Shown here: in pieces, positions 8,453 to 16,882 of the stretch
Position numbering within the stretch: the first letter of the stretch is position 1
Layout: every line of letters begins with the position of its first letter
Source of the DNA: a virus
Length of the DNA: 58,796 nt
IMG/VR virus record: IMGVR_UViG_3300032287_001302
Direction: 5' to 3' (one strand)
Translations under genes and position numbers: made by a program
The notes under the pieces: generated by a model
Databases searched by the model: none
The model's input: the letters and a program-made list of their open reading frames with translations, nothing else
What the model was told of the DNA's origin: nothing

Positions 8453-9439
8453 TTATGGACGAATACGTCCTTCTGTTTGGGCAGCATCTAACTCTGTTTG
8501 TAGCTGCATCGCTTGGTCATGCTTACCCTGTTGTGACAACCGGACGATCCTATTGCTTTCAGCGATGTAATCAGCGCTTGTATAGATTCGGCCGTTTTGC
8601 GAACTAGGGGTAGAAGCTGTCGACTTCCCCGGTGCAACCTGACGGTTTAGCTCTTGGCGTGCATTGGATTGCTGTTGCTTTTTAGCTGAAGGGTTATGCG
8701 CTGGATACTTCTCAAAAAATGTATCAAACACTTCCTTGACGGCGGAGACGTCCTGACGACCTGCTGCGTTTAGAAGAGCATCGTTCCATGTTGCTTGCGA
8801 GCCCGGGATACGAGTCGCTAACCATGTCTGACAATCATCTGTCGCTTGGATCGCTTCCCAAGTTGGCAACGTAGAATTGAGATTCTCAAAGAATCGATCC
8901 TGCGCTGTTTTAGCTTGAGACTGAACAACTTCACCGACTTGGCCTTCAGCTTTGGTCAACTGGCCTTCCAGTGCCTCGATTTGCTTGATGTACTTTGACT
9001 CGCGTCTGCCAAATTCTTCTTTGGCAATACGGCGGGCTAGGTCTACCAAGTCCTCACCAAATGCTTCCACGTCTTTGTTTGTAACCAGTTGGCTCGGCTC
9101 AGGTTCAGATTGCGGTTCGGCCTTCTGTTCCTTAAGTTTTACCTGTAATTGATCCATCGAATCCGTCAATTGCCTCACTTGCTGTTGCAGGGTTGGCACT
9201 TGGCTGTTGTACTGGCCTTGAAGTGACAGGTAGCGTTGCTTCCATGTCGCGTCTTCTTCAGTAGGTTTCGGTGTCTCAACGGAGACTGGTTCCTGACTTT
9301 GCTTTTCTGGTTCTGGCTCAGAACTCTGCTGCTGTTGGTCTTCTGGCTTGGGTTCAGCAGCTAATTGGGCTGCGGCAACCTGCTTGTCATACTCTTCTGC
9401 AACGTGCACTTGAGCTTGTACCTGTTTTGGCAATGCCAT
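8453..9439 (-). CDS. Scaffolding protein (328 aa)
   Basis: Q/E/K-rich, coiled-coil-like composition, located between portal and capsid genes, AAGGAG ribosome-binding site. Confidence 0.6.
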   Translation of the reverse strand: MALPKQVQAQVHVAEEYDKQVAAAQLAAEPKPEDQQQQSSEPEPEKQSQEPVSVETPKPTEEDATWKQRYLSLQGQYNSQVPTLQQQVRQLTDSMDQLQVKLKEQKAEPQSEPEPSQLVTNKDVEAFGEDLVDLARRIAKEEFGRRESKYIKQIEALEGQLTKAEGQVGEVVQSQAKTAQDRFFENLNSTLPTWEAIQATDDCQTWLATRIPGSQATWNDALLNAAGRQDVSAVKEVFDTFFEKYPAHNPSAKKQQQSNARQELNRQVAPGKSTASTPSSQNGRIYTSADYIAESNRIVRLSQQGKHDQAMQLQTELDAAQTEGRIRP

Positions 9440-9519
9440 AAATACTCCTTATGCCGGTTCCACCACAGAACTTGGGCGTGTTTTTACAAAACGACTTGCC
9501 GGGGGCTTCCCCCTTAGGC

Positions 9520-9750
9520 TTACCGTGTCTTTTCTGCCAGCTCAGGGGATACCTGAAGCAACGTAAGAATGTCTTTACACTCTCGCGCCATCCCTTGGAC
9601 TCTAGGGGTGTTATCGCCGGACGTATCCAGCAAATTGTTTGTCAGCTTTTCGAGTTCGGTTTCAAGTAACTTCATGAAAACCTCTCCATCGTCTGACTTA
9701 GAAAGTCTTGCCAACGCCTGAAATTGACGGGCGTCTGGCTTAATTAGCAA
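9520..9750 (-). CDS. Hypothetical protein (start uncertain: TTG at 9750 or ATG at 9675)
   Basis: ORF in the head module; no motif. Confidence 0.4.
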   Translation of the reverse strand: MLIKPDARQFQALARLSKSDDGEVFMKLLETELEKLTNNLLDTSGDNTPRVQGMARECKDILTLLQVSPELAEKTR

Positions 9751-9920
9751 GCTTTGCCTTTCGACATAGCTGACTGGCGTTTTACAGTGCCGCCCATGGC
9801 TTTCTTGGCAACTCCGCCCATTTTCATTCCATACTCTGCTTTTTCAGAGGCCATGACTTTTTTAGGAGCCTTGCCTTTTTTCAGAGCAGCCATTTCGGCC
9901 ATCATGTGTTTCTTGTTCAT
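9744..9920 (-). CDS. Small basic protein (58 aa) ending ..MGGTVKRQSAMSKGKAC; third member of the GKAC-tail paralog set (shorter than the ORF track cutoff)
   Basis: Hand translation: ATG at 9920 lies directly after the upstream stop, and the C-terminal motif is shared with the two upstream ORFs. Confidence 0.6.
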   Translation of the reverse strand: MNKKHMMAEMAALKKGKAPKKVMASEKAEYGMKMGGVAKKAMGGTVKRQSAMSKGKAC

Positions 9921-10160
9921 TTAGCAAGCCTTTCCGTGGGATTTTGCAACTTGGCGACGCACTAAACCGCCGTTTTTCAACTTCTGTGAATTTTCTTCGG
10001 CAGTAGGACCGCCTTGCTTACCGCGTCCTGCGCCGGCCTTTTCGCCTTGTTCTTTGGCAGTCTGAGCATTGTCGCGAGCTTCGCGGTCCTTGATAGCTTT
10101 ATCTATCAAAGATTTAGCTGTTCCTACAACAGCAGCGCCACCAAGAAGTGCTGGGATCAT
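9921..10160 (-). CDS. Small basic protein (79 aa) ending ..NGGLVRRQVAKSHGKAC
   Basis: Same C-terminal tail as 10162..10656. The 16 nt AGCAAGCCTTTCCGTG at the 3' end are identical in both genes. Confidence 0.65.
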   Translation of the reverse strand: MIPALLGGAAVVGTAKSLIDKAIKDREARDNAQTAKEQGEKAGAGRGKQGGPTAEENSQKLKNGGLVRRQVAKSHGKAC

Positions 10161-10161
10161 T

Positions 10162-10656
10162 CTAGCAAGCCTTTCCGTGTGACTTTACTGTAGCACGTTT
10201 GACAACACCGCCGCTAGCCATCATAACGCCGCTTCGTCCGCGTGCGGGATTTGCCGCAGCTTCTGCACGAGCAGCAGCACGTTTGGCAACATATCTTTCA
10301 GCACGGTCGCGGTTTGTTTCAGCGCGCAGTGCGGGTTTAGGATAACTAGCTGCCTTGCGGGCTACGTCGCTACCTGTATCACGGGCCTCTGTACGAGAAG
10401 CCATATCAGTTGTGTACTTCTTGCCCATGTACTCAAAAGTCTTGTTGCCGGCTTTACGCTCAGCAGCAAATGCTTCTTTAAAGGACTTGTACTCTGGCGC
10501 AGCCGACTCTTCCGCCATAGGAGCTTTGGCTTCAGATTCAGTTTCAGTTTCAGATGCTGCCATTGAGCGAGTTGAACCTGAGTCAATGTACTCAACGGTT
10601 TCGCCGCCGTCTGCGTAGCGATTCATCATTTTAACTTTAGCAGAAGATTTCATCAT
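10162..10656 (-). CDS. Head-module protein (164 aa) ending ..SGGVVKRATVKSHGKAC
   Basis: Immediately downstream of the portal gene; first member of the GKAC-tail triplet. Confidence 0.65.
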   Translation of the reverse strand: MMKSSAKVKMMNRYADGGETVEYIDSGSTRSMAASETETESEAKAPMAEESAAPEYKSFKEAFAAERKAGNKTFEYMGKKYTTDMASRTEARDTGSDVARKAASYPKPALRAETNRDRAERYVAKRAAARAEAAANPARGRSGVMMASGGVVKRATVKSHGKAC

Positions 10657-10711
10657 CAGTCCTTTTACTGTGTGGTTTGTATCATGGGGTAAACCCCGGT
10701 GTCAAGAGAAT

Positions 10712-12781
10712 TTAAAAATTATCTGTAATTGGTGCGCCATTACTCAACATCTGCTGATTCTGAACTGGACTTCCCGTAGGAGCTCCTTGTCCGGGCATAG
10801 GCTGTGGAGGCTGGCCGGCTTGCATCATTTGTGCAATCTGCTGTGCTACGCGAAACTTCTCACGTGGAGGCACAACGTCGTCAGGATTTACGTCCAACTG
10901 TTTTGCAGTTTCACGTAGCAGCGTAGCGCGGCCATCGATACCCATAATCTGCATATCGATCGGATTTGCCGTTGCCTGCAAGAATTCGTTACGACGAACC
11001 TGTGCAGTCTCTTTAGCCACGATGCTGTTTGAGCCGCGAGCCACAATAGCCACATCGCCTTTGAGTTCGTTGTCTTCGCTGTACTTCATGTTGTAGAAAT
11101 ACAAGCGCTCCAGCAGCGGAGTCATCACGCTGTTGTCGATATTGGCAACAACCTGCTTCATGGACTTGTTTGCATTGCCCATCAGCATGGACATACCAGA
11201 AGCCGTACGACCTGCGCCACCTGTGGGGCTTGAGCCTGTCATGTAGCGTGGAATGCCTGAATACTCGTCAGCCAAAATGGAGAACTTCTCGTACACTGCC
11301 ATGAGCTCTTGTGCGTTTGAGTTTGGCTGGAAGAAGCCAATTGGCGCAGCCGATGAACCCATTGGGTCTGTTGTGACTTGGTGAATCTTCCACGGATACA
11401 TCTGCGTGATGTCTTCGCCCTGTGGTACGCGGTCCACGTTGACCCACACCTGAGGACCAGAGGCAATGCCCATGTTGTTAGCTAAAGCGCGTGTAGCGCT
11501 GTTACACATGTCTTGGCAGTCCTTGATCAAGTCATACGTACTGTTGCCCCAGAACGTGCCGGGAACGCCTTCGTACGATGCTTTGTAGTAGGGCTTCTGG
11601 CCCAATGGATGATAGTTTAGCGATGCCTTGATAACGTATGAGCCAATGAGCCACGCTTCACAAGGATACTGCTTGGTAATGTCAGGCACTTCTTCGTCTG
11701 TCAAACCCCAGTCGCGTAACATCTGACCAGACACCATACCCCAGAACTGGATTGCGTCGATCAGATGCTCGCTGTTTTGCATTACTGCGGTGGTTGATCT
11801 TCCTTCGGCTTGCGCTTTAGTCGAGTCAACAATGAGCCACTCTTGGAGACCACCGCGGCCATAAGCTTCGATAACTTGTCTAATAGCTTCGTCATCATAT
11901 CCTTCTACTCCGATCATTTCTTCAAGGTCAGTCTGACGCAGCTTGTGACGCTCAATCAGATAACCATCATTAATCCCTGTCGATGCAGGGGACGGATAAA
12001 TCATAAATGGATCAACGCGCTCCCACTCGAGTACAAGGTCATCCACAATCTCAAGCTGATAGCCTGCCTGTACATCCGGGTTCCATTTCATTCTCGGTTT
12101 GCGACGAACGATAGGACCCTTTAAGAATGCACATGGGAATGTTGTGATATCGTCAATAAATGCATCAAACGCCGTGATGAATCCGCCCTCAATGAGCTGA
12201 TCCTCCATTTTGTGTTCCATTTGTCTGACTTTGAACTTCGCTTCTTCCATCACGTTGTGCATGTACTCTTCACGCAATTCGTTCAAGAACTTACGCAACT
12301 GCGTAGGGGGAAGTTGTTGACCTGTAGTTTCAATCACCTGAGCCATCTGCTGTATAGCATTCAGGCGCATCTCTTCCATAATATCAGGTGACAGTGTGGG
12401 GGTAGGCGTTGGCCTGATAGTCCAAGGTTTGTCTGCACCTTGTCCCAATAACACATCACGAAGCCAACTTGCCGCAGCGCGACATTTGTTAGACGTGAGC
12501 ATCATGTAAATTTCTGAACCGCCGTTTTGGCGAATCATCGTTAGAACGTCAGGGTCGTATTCTCCGCGGCGTGCACGCACGGCCTTGAACATCTTTGGCT
12601 CAACCGTTTGCTCTTTTGCTGTTCTAGCTTCAGTCCAGCAGTTGCGGACATAAGATGCAATAGATGTAATGAGCGGCTGCGCCTGCGCAAGCTCTGATGC
12701 TTTACGCTGCTGTTCTGCAACACCCAAGGCTGACATAGCCGGAAGGATGCCGCCCATACTGATGCCTAGATTCTGGTTCAT
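10712..12781 (-). CDS. Portal protein (689 aa)
   Basis: Size and position directly downstream of the large terminase. Confidence 0.7.
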   Translation of the reverse strand: MNQNLGISMGGILPAMSALGVAEQQRKASELAQAQPLITSIASYVRNCWTEARTAKEQTVEPKMFKAVRARRGEYDPDVLTMIRQNGGSEIYMMLTSNKCRAAASWLRDVLLGQGADKPWTIRPTPTPTLSPDIMEEMRLNAIQQMAQVIETTGQQLPPTQLRKFLNELREEYMHNVMEEAKFKVRQMEHKMEDQLIEGGFITAFDAFIDDITTFPCAFLKGPIVRRKPRMKWNPDVQAGYQLEIVDDLVLEWERVDPFMIYPSPASTGINDGYLIERHKLRQTDLEEMIGVEGYDDEAIRQVIEAYGRGGLQEWLIVDSTKAQAEGRSTTAVMQNSEHLIDAIQFWGMVSGQMLRDWGLTDEEVPDITKQYPCEAWLIGSYVIKASLNYHPLGQKPYYKASYEGVPGTFWGNSTYDLIKDCQDMCNSATRALANNMGIASGPQVWVNVDRVPQGEDITQMYPWKIHQVTTDPMGSSAAPIGFFQPNSNAQELMAVYEKFSILADEYSGIPRYMTGSSPTGGAGRTASGMSMLMGNANKSMKQVVANIDNSVMTPLLERLYFYNMKYSEDNELKGDVAIVARGSNSIVAKETAQVRRNEFLQATANPIDMQIMGIDGRATLLRETAKQLDVNPDDVVPPREKFRVAQQIAQMMQAGQPPQPMPGQGAPTGSPVQNQQMLSNGAPITDNF

Positions 12782-12798
12782 GCGGGGCCCATCTCGTT

Positions 12799-14268
12799 TT
12801 AATAAGTGTAACTTACTTTTTTGATTTCGCGCTTACCGCGCTGCAATGCTAGACCTCGGATGTTCATATCGACTACCGAGTCGGCGTACTGATTGGCGTC
12901 ATGGACGTGAGAGAACTCGTTCTTGTCTGGCCTATCTTCTAACTCGCCGTTCTTCTTAATTTTGTACCGATATCCGTATCGAAAGCCTTTGATAAGCATC
13001 TCGCAGGAGCGGTCAATTAAGTACATCGCTTTACCTTCCAGCTGCTGATTGAGCAACCGTTCGACGGACTGTATCCTAATTTCTGGATTGTTGCTAGGGG
13101 GGCGTACACATTTAAATCCAGCATTTTTCAAAACGTCCACTAGCGATAGTTCATTAAGCTGCTGCTTGGCAAACCCGGCCGGATCAGGCGCACACAAAAA
13201 TGTCGCCCCAGCAAAGTTGTTAGCTATAAACGGATTGAGCCGTACATTCAAAAATGTCTCGATGCCCATGTTCTCCGCAGTAATCTCCCCAAGCGTCATC
13301 ACGCGCCCCCGCGGGTCCCGCTGCTTGAACACAGCCGCAGGTGTTCTTCCAAAGTCAATCCCAATAATAATTGGGTAATTTTCACCCCTGATGTACTTCA
13401 GCGGATCGTCTGCCACATGGAAGTCGTACGTAAAAGTCTTCTCGTACACAGGTGTTCCCGAGAGCGAGCGGCCATACTCTGACCTCAAGTACACCCGTAA
13501 CCAGTCCTCCGTCTTACCCGGAATCAAATTGGGGTAGTATTGTTTTGGCAGGTGGTCGTAGTTATCCGCTTTAGGATTCACGCACCATTCTTCGCCGTCC
13601 TTGTCCAGCAAGACTTCTTCGGGCTCCTCGCCAAACCGCTCGGTGTACTTGGCCGGCTTCAGAATCGCTGCAGGCTGCTTAAAAATTGACCAGTTGCTAG
13701 GAGGCTCTTCCATCTTGTCATGCCACCACGTATCCTCGTCCGGCATGTTGGTATCAAACAGCGCACACGATCTGGTCGGACCCCCATCCTTCATGGACGG
13801 ATACCGGTTCATACGGCCTAGTAGTCCATCAACAACTTCGGAGTTAAGCTCGCGTGATTCATTCCCCCAGATAAACGTCGTCTCCAATGACAGCGCTTTC
13901 CTCACGTCGTCCGGAGTATCCAGCGCAATGAACAGCCATTCAGACTCTACCTCTGTGTTATCCGGCAGTTTGGCTTTGAGAATAAACGTCTTCTCCACGG
14001 CTTTCCAAATGCCCGCCTCACCCGGGGGCAGCCAGTCAAACACCGTCTTCCTAGTGGTTAACGCTAACTGATCGGCCGTGTTACGCACAATCACCGCTCT
14101 GGTTTTACGTATGCCCTTGGTATTGGGCGCTTGTCCGCATGCAAGTCTTACCAGTTCGTGCACACAGGTCACAGATTTACCACCTCCAACTGGGCCAGCT
14201 AAGACCCTGACGTAATTTTCATCCAGCATGAACTCCCGCTGGGTGTCGGTTGGCTTGTATTTACTCAT
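12799..14268 (-). CDS. terL: Terminase large subunit (489 aa)
   Basis: Walker A LAGPVGGGKS near the N-terminus and C-terminal nuclease-like acidic motifs (IGIDFG, HVHDANQY). Confidence 0.85.
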   Translation of the reverse strand: MSKYKPTDTQREFMLDENYVRVLAGPVGGGKSVTCVHELVRLACGQAPNTKGIRKTRAVIVRNTADQLALTTRKTVFDWLPPGEAGIWKAVEKTFILKAKLPDNTEVESEWLFIALDTPDDVRKALSLETTFIWGNESRELNSEVVDGLLGRMNRYPSMKDGGPTRSCALFDTNMPDEDTWWHDKMEEPPSNWSIFKQPAAILKPAKYTERFGEEPEEVLLDKDGEEWCVNPKADNYDHLPKQYYPNLIPGKTEDWLRVYLRSEYGRSLSGTPVYEKTFTYDFHVADDPLKYIRGENYPIIIGIDFGRTPAAVFKQRDPRGRVMTLGEITAENMGIETFLNVRLNPFIANNFAGATFLCAPDPAGFAKQQLNELSLVDVLKNAGFKCVRPPSNNPEIRIQSVERLLNQQLEGKAMYLIDRSCEMLIKGFRYGYRYKIKKNGELEDRPDKNEFSHVHDANQYADSVVDMNIRGLALQRGKREIKKVSYTY

Positions 14269-14758
14269 TAGATATGAATTTTGTAGGCGAATTGATGATG
14301 TTTTGGTCGTTTGTGATGTTCACAGAACGCTCTCCAAGGTCAATAGAAATGCTAAAACCGGGCCCTGAATTGGCCTGTTTCTCCTCTTTTGGCTCTAATC
14401 CTGCCACTTTTATGAGCGTTTTTAGCGCATCGTGGACCTGTGAGAAGCTCGCATCTTTGCTTGCAGCCAACAAATACGTTTTTTCCAGCAGTTCTCCGGC
14501 CATCCAGCCAGCTTTTGCCTTGAATGTAACGCCGTTTTTCTCAAATTCCGAGCGCAATTGCATGATTCGGCTGATAAACCATGGCTGTTTCTCTAATTCC
14601 CGGAACTGCTCCACAGCAACACCATGCCGGCCAATGATGATCAGCTCATCTTCCATGCCTAGCGCTAGCGAATGCAGCATTTCTTCGGAAACCTGAGGGA
14701 ACGATACGTTTTTTACTCCGTATTCCAGTGGGCCGTCGTCAATTTCAACGTTCAGCAT
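14261..14758 (-). CDS. Candidate small terminase subunit (165 aa)
   Basis: Called on position only: it overlaps the terL start by 8 nt. Confidence 0.4.
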   Translation of the reverse strand: MLNVEIDDGPLEYGVKNVSFPQVSEEMLHSLALGMEDELIIIGRHGVAVEQFRELEKQPWFISRIMQLRSEFEKNGVTFKAKAGWMAGELLEKTYLLAASKDASFSQVHDALKTLIKVAGLEPKEEKQANSGPGFSISIDLGERSVNITNDQNIINSPTKFISNE

Positions 14759-14921
14759 GCTGTGCCTCCTCTTTTGCCTTAGCTTCTGCGCGATCTACGG
14801 CATCTAAATACTTTTCCATAGCAGTGCGGATGATATCTGCCATGTGCACGTTTTTACGCGTAGCAAGTTTTTGGACTCGCTCCATCAGGGGGTCGGGGAT
14901 GTATAGGTTTCTTCGTCTCAT
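14745..14921 (-). CDS. Ribbon-helix-helix (CopG/Arc-like) DNA-binding protein (58 aa), first gene of the - strand arm
   Basis: Hand translation MRRRNLYIPDPLMERVQKLATRKNVHMADIIRTAMEKYLD fits the beta-alpha-alpha RHH pattern. Shorter than the track cutoff. Confidence 0.6.
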   Translation of the reverse strand: MRRRNLYIPDPLMERVQKLATRKNVHMADIIRTAMEKYLDAVDRAEAKAKEEAQHAER

Positions 14922-14927
14922 TTGGGC

Positions 14928-14956
14928 AATGTAGCACGTGTGTATGAGGTATGCAA
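14928..14956 (-). promoter_or_regulatory. Candidate sigma70-type promoter for the RHH gene; would give a leaderless or near-leaderless mRNA
   Basis: On the - strand: TTGCAT, 17 nt, TACATT, then 6 nt, then ATG. No Shine-Dalgarno sequence before the ATG. Confidence 0.35.
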
Positions 14957-14992
14957 GATTTTTTTAATTTTTGGGTACGCTACGTGTGTATG
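14936..14992. promoter_or_regulatory. Two copies of ACGTGTGTATG (14936-14946 and 14982-14992), each preceded by TTGGG; candidate operator or packaging-recognition repeats
   Basis: Exact 11-mer direct repeat 46 bp apart; one copy sits inside the promoter spacer. Confidence 0.45.
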
Positions 14993-15429
14993 TCCTAATT
15001 TCTTCGCCTGCTGTGAGAGCCAGTCGTAGGGGGAGGGGGGGTGGGCTTTCCCCCGTTGGTCCATGGCGGGGTAGCAGTCTTGCCTACTGTGTAGGGCATC
15101 GTATCCCTCGCCTCCCGATCTTTAAAAAGTAGCATTGTTTCCGAGTGTCGCGTACTTCGCGGTTCTTGTTTGTAGGGTTTTCCCGAACGCATCGAACCCA
15201 AGTGTGCATCAACGCAAAGTCACAATGTGGGATGTTCGATCATTAAAAATTCAATAGCGTTTTGACAGTTTGGGTGAAGTAACTGTCCGGCAAATCCGCC
15301 TTCATGACCTAAACCTTAGGGCATGGTCTAAACACACGAATGGCAAAAGTGTGGAAGGCGGTTTTGAGTAGTGCATTACATGGTGTAGTGTATTACTTGA
15401 AACCTACTTATTTATTCAAAGGACAAATC

Positions 15430-15831
15430 ATGTCAAATGCAGTCGCTATCATTGAAGGTACACGCTCTATCGTTATCGATAAAAAGGGCAACACCGGTTC
15501 CTTGGCGCTCGCAGTGGCCTTCGCAGGTCGTGAAGCTCGCCAAGAGTTCGGTCAAATGATGTACGCCAACTGGCTCGCCAATGGCCAATTCCGCCCTGTC
15601 GTTAACGACATTCTCTCATGCGGTCTTGTGCCTAAGTCTGCCTTGCCTTTCGTGGCCGGTCTCGTGCCTGCTACTGGCTCGGTTTCCAAAGAGGCTTTGC
15701 TCGGCTTGTGCAATGCAGTCTCTAGCGCAGTGGCCGCCAAGGGCAAGGAATTGAAAGGTCGCAAGGCTTACGTGTTCGGCATCGTTGATCGTATCTCTCG
15801 TGGTGCTCAACCTTCCACAATCAATGACTAA
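15430..15831 (+). CDS. Hypothetical early protein (133 aa)
   Basis: Internal ATG preceded by AAAGGA. The 15340 start has no ribosome-binding site. Confidence 0.55.
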   Translation: MSNAVAIIEGTRSIVIDKKGNTGSLALAVAFAGREARQEFGQMMYANWLANGQFRPVVNDILSCGLVPKSALPFVAGLVPATGSVSKEALLGLCNAVSSAVAAKGKELKGRKAYVFGIVDRISRGAQPSTIND

Positions 15832-16058
15832 TGTCTAAAGTTCACTCTCTACCCAAGGGAATTCACATCGCCCCGATGCCTAAGCGTGTCGAGGGCGATG
15901 TTGGTCGCAAACTACAAGGTGGCTTGCCACCTGAACCATATCGCTCATGCAATGCCAAGTGGTCTAACTCGGCCAAGTTTGCTCGTGAGCCTATGCCATT
16001 TAGCCAACGTCAACTATGCGCAGAGAACGCAGACTGGCAACATACCCTGTTTGGCTGA
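15831..16058 (+). CDS. Hypothetical early protein (75 aa)
   Basis: TAATG coupling to the upstream gene. An alternative overlapping frame (15886..16143) seems less likely. Confidence 0.4.
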   Translation: MSKVHSLPKGIHIAPMPKRVEGDVGRKLQGGLPPEPYRSCNAKWSNSAKFAREPMPFSQRQLCAENADWQHTLFG

Positions 16059-16446
16059 ATCGTTAGGGTTTACCCTACCTATTTATCCATTTATCCAAGG
16101 GTGCAAGTTGGATTATTCGTTGGCTGAATTGATTCTTCAATGAAATCAATAAGTTAAGCGTTCGATTCAGCCATTTATCCAATTATCCAATAAATAAGAG
16201 GGTCAGAGATGTTTTGGCTTATGGATTCAATGCCATATGCGATGACGCACAATCTCAATAGTCCCCACAAATCCCCCTGTCAAATCCACACTTGGATTAT
16301 TCGAGCAGGGTAAACCCTATGCCTTCCTCGAAAGCCAGTATCCATGCGGGTTCTGAGGCATACACACGCAAAATCGATTTATCCAAGCCCCCACAAAGTT
16401 GGCTTAATCGATTCCAAAAACTGTCTTAATCAACTTTGGAGCTATC
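16055..16446. promoter_or_regulatory. Repeat-dense non-coding region with a cluster of TTATCCA (DnaA-box-like) motifs; candidate replication origin or regulatory hub
   Basis: TTATCCA at 16083, 16091, 16175, 16183 and 16379; TTGGATTATTCG at 16108 and 16292; ATCCACA at 16284; AGGGT..ACCCT palindromes at 16064 and 16307. Confidence 0.5.
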
Positions 16447-16632
16447 ATGCGCACACCATCAAACTCTGATCTCATGGGCTTAGCGATCATCGAACCCACA
16501 TACACATGTGCAGATGACATACAAGAATTCACCTTGGATGATATCCCCGGCTTCGTCGAGGCACGCACAATGGATGAGATCGATGCATCAATCCATGCCT
16601 ACTATCAGATGCTGAATCAGCGATCTGTCTGA
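16447..16632 (+). CDS. Small acidic early protein (61 aa)
   Basis: GGAG 7 nt upstream of the ATG; rich in D/E. Confidence 0.55.
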   Translation: MRTPSNSDLMGLAIIEPTYTCADDIQEFTLDDIPGFVEARTMDEIDASIHAYYQMLNQRSV

Positions 16633-16708
16633 ATCGTTAGGGTTTCCCCCTAGTATTAATCCAACTCGTGTGCGCCCTCGCGCGCACCACTCATTCTCTG
16701 GAGACACC

Positions 16709-16882
16709 ATGAAACCTGTCCTATACTCAATCGGCTTTTCCTTGGCCATGTGCGCTTCCCTCGCCATTGGATACAGTCCTGATATTCCTTACTACCAACA
16801 AGCATCCCTGTTATTCGCAGGGTTCTGCCTTGGCGGTGTTGTTCTCTGTGCAATCGAGAACTTGGAGGACTACCGTGGATGA
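16709..16882 (+). CDS. Small membrane protein (57 aa, two hydrophobic segments)
   Basis: ATG at 16709 preceded by GGAGA. The track start at 16670 has no ribosome-binding site. Confidence 0.5.
   Translation: MKPVLYSIGFSLAMCASLAIGYSPDIPYYQQASLLFAGFCLGGVVLCAIENLEDYRG

Noticed and set aside
7580-8491. 303-aa + strand ORF antisense to the capsid gene, and similar long antisense ORFs (13601-14071, 36124-36636, 46991-47524, 47672-48217)
   Set aside because: They lie inside much longer, motif-supported - strand genes in a uniformly - strand operon. Their composition looks like frame shadow.
14745-14921. RHH gene as evidence of a lysogeny switch or temperate lifestyle
   Set aside because: I found no integrase, excisionase, partition genes or CI/Cro-like pair. 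An RHH protein alone fits lytic-cycle regulation or packaging.
14995-15201. 68-aa - strand ORF in the divergent intergenic region
   Set aside because: It has a non-ATG start, no ribosome-binding site and a Pro/Arg/Thr-rich low-complexity product, and it overlaps G-tract DNA. It is more likely non-coding.
15225-15250. GTTCGATC, a T-loop-like sequence hinting at a tRNA
   Set aside because: The flanking bases cannot form a T-stem or acceptor stem on either strand. No tRNA cloverleaf was found in any intergenic region.
16209-16313. 34-codon ORF inside the TTATCCA region
   Set aside because: It is very short and spans two of the repeated DNA motifs. A non-coding regulatory role explains the region better, though translation cannot be excluded.
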